Assembly: GCA_021730635.1 (NCBI GenBank)
Contig: JAJNNC010000007.1
Span: 25,100-89,099 of the forward strand
DNA: 64,000 bases
Origin: Catalimonadaceae bacterium JC749
GTDB lineage: Bacteria > Bacteroidota > Bacteroidia > Cytophagales > Cyclobacteriaceae
Direction of reading: 5' to 3'
Shown: positions 1 to 9,609 of the stretch, in pieces
Position numbering within the stretch: position 1 is the first letter of the stretch
Layout: each line of letters begins with the position of its first letter
The notes under the pieces: model-generated
Told to the model about the DNA's origin: nothing
The model's database searches: none
The model's input: only the letters and a program-made list of their open reading frames with translations
Position numbers and translations under genes: made by a program

Positions 1-526
1 AACCAATTCGGAGGCTGCATAAGAAACGGAAGCCGCTCCATCACGGAACCCTGTTTCCTGTACCACTCTTTTGTTAGTGAAAAAGATAGTATGCATCAGG
101 CGATGCAGAAAAGGGCCGGCCATATCTTCATCAGCCGTTGCCTGATAGGCCCGTTTTACCTGGTTGGTAATTTGCATATCGCCTACTACCTGAGCATCCA
201 GGCCTATACAGACATAAAATAGATGCCGTATAGCTTCCTGATGATGGTGAATTCTCTCAAAGTAATCGGATAAAGAGGCTGTATCGGAGAAGCCTTTCAG
301 CATACCCATCAATTTGATGATATCATCATCTAAAATCTGCTCAGAAGCATAATATACTTCTGTACGATTACAGGTAGACAACACCAGCACATCCTGGGCA
401 TCTGTATAGGTCTTAATCTGACGAAGAAGCTGTATCACTTCTTCCTCATTTAAAGCGACCTGTTCTCTTACGGCAAGAGGACTATTTTTATAGGTTAGCG
501 ATATGGATTTAAATAAGCGGTGCATA
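1..526 (-). CDS. hemA: Glutamyl-tRNA reductase, N-terminal ~175 codons (5' part of gene; rest lies beyond window start)
   Basis: Not in the ORF track because it runs off the edge. Reverse-strand translation from ATG at 524-526 gives MHRLFKSISLTYKNSPLAVREQVAL...VLVLSTCNRTEVYYAS..., containing the HemA active-site signature STCNRTE(V/I)Y. Confidence 0.8.
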
Positions 527-1035
527 TACCGGTCTAATCAACGCACAAAATTAACAGCTAAAATTTAAATGATAAAGTATAAAAGGAGTCACATTCTAAT
601 TTAGAAAGAGTATAAATAAGTACGTGCTATATTACTAATTCTACACTTTAACGCGAAATAAGCCAATAATGGTTCAATTTGACAATAGATACTTTTACAC
701 TATATATTGGGTGGTTTGTACCCGTCATTATCTAATTTATTATTCTTTATGCTGAGTGCTAACGTCACTTGATGCAAACCACAGCTAAGCATGTGTAAAC
801 ACCGCTTCTGTAATTGTAACTATTTACCTGGATGATAAGTGAACGAAAAGTAAAGGCCTTGACAAGCGAGGAAATGCAGGGACAAGAAATCGCTATACAG
901 CTGTGATTTTCAGCGTTTCGTCATACAGGTAAGCTTTCCGGGTTAAACGAAAAGCCTGACGATGGCAGGAAGGATACTTTTGTGCACAGGTCTCTTCTGT
1001 ATAAAGAAAAGTTGGTTGTTTTGTTGGACAATAGA

Positions 1036-2757
1036 AATGTATATTCTCTCTCTTTCTTTCTAGCTTTCTGTTTGCTGATTGGTGCCAGTGCCAGGTCTAC
1101 CGCCCAGGACCTAACGGCCATAGGTGCCATAGGTCAGGAAAAAGCTTTTCAACTGTCTGGAGGTGTCACAGCTCATCAGACGCTTTATCATGCGCATGGC
1201 ATCGCCCAGAGGCGTGATCCTTACGCCTACTACTTATCTGGAAACCTCAACCTTGCCCTGTATGGCTGGAATATCCCTGTTTCTTTTATCTACTCCAATC
1301 AGCACTCTTCTTTCTCCCAGCCTTTTAACCGCTATGCGCTCCATCCTACTTATCACGGACTTACCGGCCACTTTGGCTATACCAGCATGACCTTCTCCAA
1401 CTACACCCTCAACGGACACCTCTTTCTAGGAGCAGGCATTGACTGGAACCCTGAGGGTAAATTACAGAAGCTCAGAATCTCGGCTATGTATGGACGTTTA
1501 CAAAAAGCCATAGTACCTGATACACTACTTAGAACCACAGAGCATCCTGCCTTTCGAAGAATGGGTTTTGGTTTGAAGATAGGCTATGGCACTGCCCATG
1601 ACTTCATAGATTTCATTTTATTTCATGCCTCAGATGACATGAACTCTCTCCCCTATATATTGGATTCACTGAGTATCTTGCCACAGGAAAACTTAGTGCT
1701 CGGCATTAACGCAGGAAAGACCCTAGCCAATAAACTAGTACTCAAAACAGAGTTTGCCAGTAGTGCGATAACCCGTGATATTCGGGCAAAGGAAAATAGC
1801 ACCGGTAGTATTTTCTCTCGCATGAGCAAACTTTATGTACCCAGACAGTCGTCATCTTATTATCACGCTTTCAAAGCAGGCATCACTTATCAAGGTGGGT
1901 TTTATACATTGGGTGCTGGATACGAAAGAATTGATCCTGGCTATCAAACCCTAGGAGCCTACTATTTTAACCAGGACTTAGAAAATATGACAGCCAATGG
2001 CACTATGAGTTTAATTAAAAACAAAGTAAATGTAAGTACACAAGTTGGAATACAACACAACAATCTTAAGCAGGATCAGATTAGCAGTATGCAACGACTG
2101 ATTGGCTCTATAAATATCAGTTACATGGCAACCCAGAAACTTAATATCCAGAGCACCTATTCCAATTTTCAAACCTTTACAAACTATCGGTCACCTTTTG
2201 AGCGAATTCATCAACTAACACCCTACGATGATTTGGATACGCTGGATTATACACAGCTTTCTCAAAGCTCTAATCTTTCTGTGGGTTATTTATTGTCAAA
2301 TAATGAAAAGGGCAGGCATTACATCCATACTAACTTATCTTGCCAAACGACCAGCGACCAGCAAGTGCAGACTGTGAGTACAAATTTCTATCATCTGAAT
2401 ACGATCTATAACTATCATGCTACACTTATCAGCACTAGAATTTCACTTGGTTTTAACGGTGCTAAGAATACTTCTCAAAATGTTCGATCTGTCACCTATG
2501 GCCCTACGATAGCAGTTAATAAGACTGCGTTTGATAAAAAGCTCATGAACACGCTGACCTCTTCCTGGAACACTACTTCCTCAGAAGCAAAATATGTGAA
2601 TCGTATCTGGAGCCTTCGCTTGAACAGTAAGTACACTTTGAAGAAAAAGCATCAATTTAACGTGAGTTTGGTAGGCATTAACCGAACCAATTTATCCAAT
2701 CAGGAAAAAAGTTTTACTGAATTAACAGGTACGCTAGGATATAGCTACCAATTTTAA
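1036..2757 (+). CDS. Predicted outer-membrane beta-barrel protein (signal peptide, C-terminal ...YSYQF)
   Basis: Track ORF 982..2757 begins at a GTG. An internal ATG at 1036 gives MYILSLSFFLAFCLLIGASARSTAQ, which is signal-peptide-like. The protein is Y/N/S/T/G-rich with alternating hydrophobic pattern and ends in aromatic Phe, typical of an OMP beta-signal. It lies 117 nt upstream of and co-directional with the giant-protein operon. Confidence 0.45.
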   Translation, partial: NVYSLSFFLAFCLLIGASARSTAQDLTAIGAIGQEKAFQLSGGVTAHQTLYHAHGIAQRRDPYAYYLSGNLNLALYGWNIPVSFIYSNQHSSFSQPFNRYALHPTYHGLTGHFGYTSMTFSNYTLNGHLFLGAGIDWNPEGKLQKLRISAMYGRLQKAIVPDTLLRTTEHPAFRRMGFGLKIGYGTAHDFIDFILFHASDDMNSLPYILDSLSILPQENLVLGINAGKTLANKLVLKTEFASSAITRDIRAKENSTGSIFSRMSKLYVPRQSSSYYHAFKAGITYQGGFYTLGAGYERIDPGYQTLGAYYFNQDLENMTANGTMSLIKNKVNVSTQVGIQHNNLKQDQISSMQRLIGSINISYMATQKLNIQSTYSNFQTFTNYRSPFERIHQLTPYDDLDTLDYTQLSQSSNLSVGYLLSNNEKGRHYIHTNLSCQTTSDQQVQTVSTNFYHLNTIYNYHATLISTRISLGFNGAKNTSQNVRSVTYGPTIAVNKTAFDKKLMNTLTSSWNTTSSEAKYVNRIWSLRLNSKYTLKKKHQFNVSLVGINRTNLSNQEKSFTELTGTLGYSYQF

Positions 2758-2873
2758 AATACAAACCCAGGGTTTCGCATCTGTGTAATAAATGATCTTA
2801 AAAGTGGCCACAAAAATGTATATAGCATTGCATCTTTGTAAGCCATTCATTTTACATAAACAGATAGATTGTT

Positions 2874-5800
2874 GTGAGCAGGTTTGTATTATTAATGATA
2901 GGCTGTATGGTAAGTTGTGTCCTTTATGGAAGCACAGCACCTATTACTTTCAAAAATATCCATCACTATGGAAGTATAAATATTGATAGAATTTCCCCAT
3001 TAGGTCCCTCCATCATTTACACCTCATCACCTTACCTCCCTGAATTACCCTTACATTTAGCGCGTCGTAAAAGCGCGAACTACTATCAGCCAGCTTTGGT
3101 CAGAGAGTTTGACCAACTGAACACCAGTCCACTACCAACCCCTACCCACGATATTCTTCCACTAACCAACGACCCAGCACCCGTATCACAAACGGTGGCA
3201 TATAGAGATCGTGCCTATACATTGTATGCACTGATTGAAGAGCAACAGCGCTATGTGGATGTCATAGATGCCAGAACCGTACTACAACTGCCTGTTGGTC
3301 TTAAGAAAACAATCGGTAACCTGGATTATACCATCCTTATCGATAGCATGATACTTACCCCTACCTACGCTTACCTTACTGCTTATATGTCATTTGAAAT
3401 TCCTCAAAACGGCGAAAGATTGGCTTTCAGAGGCACCCATATACGCTTCTCCAAAACCGGAGGATTAGAAGGAACAGCTCGCCTACAATTAATAGGGGAT
3501 CACACGCTTAACATGGGCCCGAAGACACTTATGACATTGAAAGGAGATGGCACTACCTATGTGGATTGGAATTGTAATGGTTTTACGCACATGGGAATAG
3601 GTGCAGAGATAGCTTTTTCTCGTGACTTATTGCTTCCCGATACGCTGACCGTTACCACAGGCACTGACAGAGTTAAAGCTCATTTCCGCACAACCTTGAA
3701 TCATTGGAATGATCTTATTGCTGAAGTGACCATAGATCCCTTTCAGATAAAGGCACTGAAAGGTGTAGGTTTTACCGTTCATAAAGCGATTATAGATTAT
3801 AGTGATCAGCGGAATCCCCCCAGTCTTAAATTTCCTGATGGCTACCAATCAGCACTGATTACAGCAGATAATCCGTATCTATGGCAGGGTTTCTATCTAC
3901 AGGAGATAGCTGTCAGACTACCTGATCAGTTTAAAAAGAAAGCCCGTCTTCAGGGTCGTATTGAATTTGCCGCATATGATGTATTGATTGACCCTATGGG
4001 TTTTAGCGGGACACTCTCTGTTAATAACCTTATCCAGTTAACAGAAGGCCATCTTAATGGATGGGCTTATTCCATAGATCAGTTTGCAATTGACATACAG
4101 GCCAATCAACTGGTGAGCGGTGGTTTTGGAGGAGACATTACAGTTCCTATTACCCAGAAAGATCAGACATTTGCTTACAATGCTTTCATCCATCCGGGTA
4201 ATGCTTACGTCTTTAATATTTCATCGACCGGAGCAGTAGCCTTTCCCTTGTGGCAAGCTAAACAGGTTGAACTCTACCCTGCCTCATACCTGGAAGTGAT
4301 GGTTCAGAACGAGAAGTTTTTACCCAAAGCCAACCTTCACGGAAAAATGTCTATCAATGTGGACCAGGAAAAACTGCAACTGGCCAATCTCGAATTTCAG
4401 GGATTAGAAGTGCAAACTATACAACCCTATGTCCAAATACAGGCTTTGTCTTTTGGAATAAAAGGAAAGAAGCAAAAGATGGGTGATTTTTCTCTGGCCA
4501 TTAACCATCTGGGAGTAAGCAGTCCGAATGAAGATGAACTTGCCCTTCAAATGAATGTGACAGTCAACCTGGTAGGTGAAGGAGAGGGTGGTTTCGGAGG
4601 GAAAGCCGGACTCTCACTAGTGGGTAAAGTGGTAGAAGATAACCATAGCCAACAGTGGCGGTATGATCATTTGGATATTGGTGAATTTGGAGTAAACGTC
4701 CATACTGGTGCCGTAAAAATCCAGGGAAGGCTAGCCTGGTTTAAAAAGGATATCATCTATGGTGATGGTATTCGAGGCGATGTACAACTGGAAATTATCA
4801 ACAAAATCCAGGTTCAGGCAATGGCTCTGTTCGGTACTGTTCATGACACCCGATACTGGTTTGCTGATGCACTGGCTTCTTTACCCCCAGGAATGGGCAC
4901 TGGAATTCAAATGACCCGTTTTGGCGGTGGTGCTTCCTATCATATGAAACAAACCCATCAAGACGGAAATTCCTTAGGCCAGTCACCCTCAGGCCTTGTA
5001 TATCTTCCCGACAAAAATGAAGGCTTAGCTGTAAAAGCGACCGTAGACATGGCAACAGCAGGTTCTGAAAAGGTATTTAATGGAGATGCTACGCTGGCTA
5101 TCAGCTTTAACAAGGGAAGTGGTATCAAAAAAGTATCGCTGTCAGGCAATGGTTATTTTATGACTCCTGCTTTAGAAACAAGCATGGCTGTTCTGCGAGA
5201 ACGTGCCGGAAAATTAGTGCATAATGTTTCCAACGCTCCTGTGAATTTTCTAGAACCTAAAGCTCAGGTAGCTGCCCGAGTTGAGATCAGCTATGACGTG
5301 CCGCAACAAACTTTTCATGGCAATTTTGAAGTCTATGTGAATGTAGCAGCAGGTATTATGCGAGGTGTTGGTAGCCGCAACCAGGCCGGATGGGCGGTGA
5401 TTCATTTCTCTCCTGAAAGCTGGTATGTGCATGTAGGAAATCCGGAAAATCCAATAGGCGTTCAAATTCTCAAGGTTATTAAGACCGAAACTTATTTTAT
5501 GGCAGGCGACTATATTCCGGGCAGTCCCCCTCCTCCGGAAAATGTTGCTGAAATTCTGGGTGGTATTGACCTGAATTACATGGCTTCGCTCAACGAACTG
5601 GAATCTGGAAGAGGTGTTGCTTTTGGCTCTCGCTTTGGTATGGATACAGGCGACCTTAACTTCCTGATGTTCTATGCCCGTTTTGCGGCTGGAATGGGCT
5701 TCGACGTGATGGTGAAAGATTACGGAGGCAGTCACTGTGTGGGACGTGAAGGTCCTATCGGTATCAATGGTTGGTATGCAAATGGACAAGCGTTTGCCTA

Positions 5801-7499
5801 TTTTGAAGGAGAAATTGGCATCAAAGTAAAAGTTTTTGGCGAGCAGAGGCAGTATGAGATTCTCAATATTGGTGCCGCTGCCGTATTACAGGCAAAAATG
5901 CCAAACCCTTTCTGGATGCAGGGCATAGTGGGTGGCAAATTCTCCATACTAGGCGGCATGGTCAAAGGTAATTGCCGATTTGAGGTAACGTTGGGAGAAA
6001 CATGCCAGCTTACCGAAGGTAGTGCATTGGAAGGGATCGCCGTTATTTCAGAGGTAACGCCCAGCCCTGATGAACATGAAGTCAGTGTTTTCAATGCAGC
6101 ACAAGGTGTATTCAACATGGAAGTGGGTAAAGTCTTTGACATGGTAGATGCCAATGAGCAAAAGAAATCATTTCGTATCCGGTTAGATCATTTTAAAGTG
6201 ATGAACGGTACTGCAGCAATTCCTGGAAAAGTAGAATGGAATGATGATCATACCGTAGCTGCTTTTCATACTACAGACATTTTGCCACCTCTAAAAGAAC
6301 TGCGTGCCTCTATTCAAGTGAGCTTTGAAGAAGAAAAGAATGGTATTTGGAAGCCTGTCGTTGTACGTGGCAAAAAAATTACTGAAAAGAAAGAAAGCAC
6401 TTTTACCACAAGCGAAGCCCCTGACTATATTCCATTAAGCAATGTAGCTTATAGTTACCCGCTGATAAACCAACTTAATTTCTATCAAAACGAAAGCAGA
6501 AAAGGGTACATACAATTGAAGAAAGGACAGCCCTATCTATTTAACATCTCTGGAGAATGGAAACAAAAGGGTAGATTTAGGTCGAAAGATGGCCATATTA
6601 AAACGTTTGATTTTCATTATAGCCATCAGCAAGTCAGCTTCACCATTCCCACCGGTTTACAGAAGGATCAAATCTATGCTTTTGAATTAGTAAATATTCC
6701 TGTAGTAGAAAAGGAAGCTATTGATGCTAACGTAAATTCGGTAAGCACAAAAGTGAAGGCTGAAGATACTTCCATAGACGCTGAGATAAAAACCAATCAG
6801 GCTGAAGGTTCTCTCACTGTCTTACAGGAAAAGCCTATCTTTACCACCTACATCAGAACCAGCCGGTATCATACTTTAAATGATAAGCTTAATAAAGCTT
6901 CCTTATCTCCAGGGATCAGGACTTATCTCAGACCTGCCGTGCATTACTTGGTACAGCACATAAACAGTGACGAATACTTTGATCAACCAGAACTCAATGG
7001 CAATCCAAAACAAAATATAAAGCCTCTGATCCAGTTGAAAGCAGATCTTTCTGAAAACCGATATTATCAGGATATCATCTATCCCCTGGTCTATGAAGGA
7101 TATCCGATGGTGCAGGATGCTACTATAAACTGGCGAGATACCCAGCGCTTAGGCATTGTTCCTGTCAAAGCAGTATATATTAGACAAGTTACAGGTGATA
7201 CAAGGTTTACCGAAAATGATCTTGCCATAAGATCAATTACGGATACCGTTCATCAAGCATCCTTTCTCTATAACCTTATTCACCATTATGAACGGGATTA
7301 TCACCAGATTCAAAATAAAGTGGCTGCCTATTACGCAGCAGAAAAAGGTGTTCCTAACGAAAGGGAAAGAAAGCTGCTGATGCATCCATTTCCTAAGATG
7401 ACCGGAGGTAAATATAATTTCAACATTACTTATGTCTTGCCAGGTACTGAGCAGAAGACTTCTATAAAAGTGATGACCATTCATAATCCTTTTGAGTAG
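2874..7499 (+). CDS. Giant secreted hypothetical protein (1541 aa), first of three coupled large genes
   Basis: Single uninterrupted 4.6 kb ORF with hydrophobic N-terminus (MSRFVLLMIGCMVSCVLYG). Start is GTG at 2874 or ATG at 2895. No recognisable catalytic motif. Its stop lies 1 nt before the next gene's ATG. Confidence 0.6.
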   Translation: MSRFVLLMIGCMVSCVLYGSTAPITFKNIHHYGSINIDRISPLGPSIIYTSSPYLPELPLHLARRKSANYYQPALVREFDQLNTSPLPTPTHDILPLTNDPAPVSQTVAYRDRAYTLYALIEEQQRYVDVIDARTVLQLPVGLKKTIGNLDYTILIDSMILTPTYAYLTAYMSFEIPQNGERLAFRGTHIRFSKTGGLEGTARLQLIGDHTLNMGPKTLMTLKGDGTTYVDWNCNGFTHMGIGAEIAFSRDLLLPDTLTVTTGTDRVKAHFRTTLNHWNDLIAEVTIDPFQIKALKGVGFTVHKAIIDYSDQRNPPSLKFPDGYQSALITADNPYLWQGFYLQEIAVRLPDQFKKKARLQGRIEFAAYDVLIDPMGFSGTLSVNNLIQLTEGHLNGWAYSIDQFAIDIQANQLVSGGFGGDITVPITQKDQTFAYNAFIHPGNAYVFNISSTGAVAFPLWQAKQVELYPASYLEVMVQNEKFLPKANLHGKMSINVDQEKLQLANLEFQGLEVQTIQPYVQIQALSFGIKGKKQKMGDFSLAINHLGVSSPNEDELALQMNVTVNLVGEGEGGFGGKAGLSLVGKVVEDNHSQQWRYDHLDIGEFGVNVHTGAVKIQGRLAWFKKDIIYGDGIRGDVQLEIINKIQVQAMALFGTVHDTRYWFADALASLPPGMGTGIQMTRFGGGASYHMKQTHQDGNSLGQSPSGLVYLPDKNEGLAVKATVDMATAGSEKVFNGDATLAISFNKGSGIKKVSLSGNGYFMTPALETSMAVLRERAGKLVHNVSNAPVNFLEPKAQVAARVEISYDVPQQTFHGNFEVYVNVAAGIMRGVGSRNQAGWAVIHFSPESWYVHVGNPENPIGVQILKVIKTETYFMAGDYIPGSPPPPENVAEILGGIDLNYMASLNELESGRGVAFGSRFGMDTGDLNFLMFYARFAAGMGFDVMVKDYGGSHCVGREGPIGINGWYANGQAFAYFEGEIGIKVKVFGEQRQYEILNIGAAAVLQAKMPNPFWMQGIVGGKFSILGGMVKGNCRFEVTLGETCQLTEGSALEGIAVISEVTPSPDEHEVSVFNAAQGVFNMEVGKVFDMVDANEQKKSFRIRLDHFKVMNGTAAIPGKVEWNDDHTVAAFHTTDILPPLKELRASIQVSFEEEKNGIWKPVVVRGKKITEKKESTFTTSEAPDYIPLSNVAYSYPLINQLNFYQNESRKGYIQLKKGQPYLFNISGEWKQKGRFRSKDGHIKTFDFHYSHQQVSFTIPTGLQKDQIYAFELVNIPVVEKEAIDANVNSVSTKVKAEDTSIDAEIKTNQAEGSLTVLQEKPIFTTYIRTSRYHTLNDKLNKASLSPGIRTYLRPAVHYLVQHINSDEYFDQPELNGNPKQNIKPLIQLKADLSENRYYQDIIYPLVYEGYPMVQDATINWRDTQRLGIVPVKAVYIRQVTGDTRFTENDLAIRSITDTVHQASFLYNLIHHYERDYHQIQNKVAAYYAAEKGVPNERERKLLMHPFPKMTGGKYNFNITYVLPGTEQKTSIKVMTIHNPFE

Positions 7500-7500
7500 T

Positions 7501-9603
7501 ATGAGAAAGGCAATGATCTATATTTGTTGGATTGGCTGGTGTCTGCTGCTAGGATTATCAGCCTTTGCCCAAAGCGAAAACAGCGAAGTTGAAGAGGTCA
7601 AACCGGCTATCAAGGTTATAGCGCGTCCTTTATCTGATTCTATTATTTTACGCTGGGCACCTACCACGCCTACTGCCTGGGAATATGCCAATCGTTACGG
7701 CTATGTGGTGGAACGTGTAACACTCCTGCGAGATCAGACGGTGCTGGAACACCCCGAATCCATTGTTCTCACCCCAAAACCTGTAAAGCCTTTACCCTTA
7801 GCCGAATGGGAGTCTTTAGCGAATACCAATGATTATGCAGCCATTGCCGCCCAAGCGCTGTATGGAGAAACCTTCGAGCTGACTGAAAATTATGCCAGTG
7901 ATATCGTACAGGTAGTCAACAAGGCCCGTGAACTTACCTCTCGCTTTTCTTTTGCCCTGTTCGCAGCTGATCAGTCTCCAACAGTGGCTCATGCTTCTGC
8001 ATTACACTTTACCGACACATCAGCCAGGAAAAACGAAAAATACGTTTATCGTGTCTACACACCCGTACCGATTGCTGTCCTGAAGATTGATACTGGCTAT
8101 GTCTATGCTGGTATAGCAGATTATCAGGAATTGCCAGTGCCCATTGAACTTTCTGCCAAATTCTCGGATCGTTCTGTTCAACTGCACTGGAATGGAGAAC
8201 TCTTTCAGGACATATTTACCAGCTATTTGGTAGAACGCTCTGATGATGAAGGTCAAACTTTCCAACAAATCAACCAGGTACCTTTTGTCAATACCTCCCA
8301 GAAAGCGACAGCATCAGCCTATATTTATAAATCAGATACACTTCCTGAAAATGACAGAAAGTTCGTCTACCGTGTCAGAGGAGTAACACCTTTTGGTGAA
8401 ATAAGCCCGCCTTCAGAAATGGTAGAAGGAGTTGGCATGATGACATTGAAAGCAAACCCTGCCATTGTTGGCGCAGAAGTGATTCATGATCAGATCAACA
8501 TCCGGTGGGAATTTGATACCACTTATCAACAAGCGATTACTGGTTTTCAACTGCTGAGATCAGGGCAAGCTCAAGGTCCCTTTGACATCGTAGTGTCACC
8601 CATTGCGGCTGATCAGCGCGAAGTGATAGACGCACAACCACAAATTGCCAACTACTATAAAATAACAGCTATAGGAAAGTCAGGTGATAATAAATCCTCC
8701 TTCCCTTTTCTAGCCCAACTTGTTGATAGCATTCCTCCTGAAACGCCTATAGGTTTGACAGGCATTATGGATTCCAGTGGGGTCGTTACCTTACACTGGA
8801 TACCTAACCGGGAAGAAGATCTGTTAGGCTACCGGGTGTATAGAAGTAATTTTGCAGATCATGAGTATACACAGATCACGGTCAATCCGACGCAAGACAC
8901 TGTATTTTACGATACTTTAACGGTAAAAACGCTCACTAAAAAAGTATATTATAAAATTACGGCAGTAGACCAACACTACAATCCTTCTGGCTTCTCTATT
9001 CCTCTTTCCCTGTCACGACCTGATGTTATTCCACCCGTGTCTCCGGTATTTAGTTCTGTAAAATCATCAGAGGAGGGTATAGCCTTAACCTGGGTGAATA
9101 GCAGCAGCAAAGATGTCATGAATCATCTGCTTTATCGCAGAAAAACTAGTGATACCTCCTGGAGATTAATTGCACTCTTTGATCCTGATGATACAGTACA
9201 ATTGTATCTGGATGAGGAAACTTCTTCTACCCATTACTATGAATATACGATGATTGCAGTGGATAGCAGCCACCTGGAGTCTACTCCTTGTACCCCTGTA
9301 AGTGCTAAAAGGATTGACCGGAGAATCCGGAAAGAAGTCAAAGAATTTTATGCATTGGCACAACCCGCAGAAAAACAGATAGCGCTTTCTTGGAATTACA
9401 AACCAGAAGGAGTAGAGCGCTTTCTGCTTTACCGCACGCAAGAGGATCAACCTATTTCACTCTACACTTCTCTGCCAGCCGATCAGCAACAATTTTCAGA
9501 TCGCAAACTCACTATCAATACCTACTACCGCTATAGAATCAAAGCAGTGTATAAAGACGGATCGCATTCTTCATTTAGTAAAGAAATAGGAGTGCATTAT
9601 TAA
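7501..9603 (+). CDS. Secreted protein with multiple fibronectin type III-like repeats (~700 aa)
   Basis: Signal peptide MRKAMIYICWIGWCLLLGLSAFAQ. Recurrent FN3-like modules are present (LRWAPTTPTAWEYANRYGYVVERV; YRVRGVTPFGEISPPS; YYKITAIGKSGDNKSSF; YYKITAVDQHYNPSGFS; YRYRIKAVYKDGSHSSFS). Track ORF starts at TTG 7492; the ATG is at 7501. Confidence 0.6.
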   Translation: MRKAMIYICWIGWCLLLGLSAFAQSENSEVEEVKPAIKVIARPLSDSIILRWAPTTPTAWEYANRYGYVVERVTLLRDQTVLEHPESIVLTPKPVKPLPLAEWESLANTNDYAAIAAQALYGETFELTENYASDIVQVVNKARELTSRFSFALFAADQSPTVAHASALHFTDTSARKNEKYVYRVYTPVPIAVLKIDTGYVYAGIADYQELPVPIELSAKFSDRSVQLHWNGELFQDIFTSYLVERSDDEGQTFQQINQVPFVNTSQKATASAYIYKSDTLPENDRKFVYRVRGVTPFGEISPPSEMVEGVGMMTLKANPAIVGAEVIHDQINIRWEFDTTYQQAITGFQLLRSGQAQGPFDIVVSPIAADQREVIDAQPQIANYYKITAIGKSGDNKSSFPFLAQLVDSIPPETPIGLTGIMDSSGVVTLHWIPNREEDLLGYRVYRSNFADHEYTQITVNPTQDTVFYDTLTVKTLTKKVYYKITAVDQHYNPSGFSIPLSLSRPDVIPPVSPVFSSVKSSEEGIALTWVNSSSKDVMNHLLYRRKTSDTSWRLIALFDPDDTVQLYLDEETSSTHYYEYTMIAVDSSHLESTPCTPVSAKRIDRRIRKEVKEFYALAQPAEKQIALSWNYKPEGVERFLLYRTQEDQPISLYTSLPADQQQFSDRKLTINTYYRYRIKAVYKDGSHSSFSKEIGVHY

Positions 9604-9609
9604 AAGCTT

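Noticed and set aside
921-1130. 69-aa minus-strand ORF overlapping the OMP gene start
   Set aside because: It overlaps the signal-peptide region of a much longer ORF, and its translation is featureless.
3627-6154. Several minus-strand ORFs (73-179 aa) nested inside the 1541-aa gene
   Set aside because: They are entirely antisense to a long uninterrupted ORF, and their translations have no features. They are probably chance ORFs.
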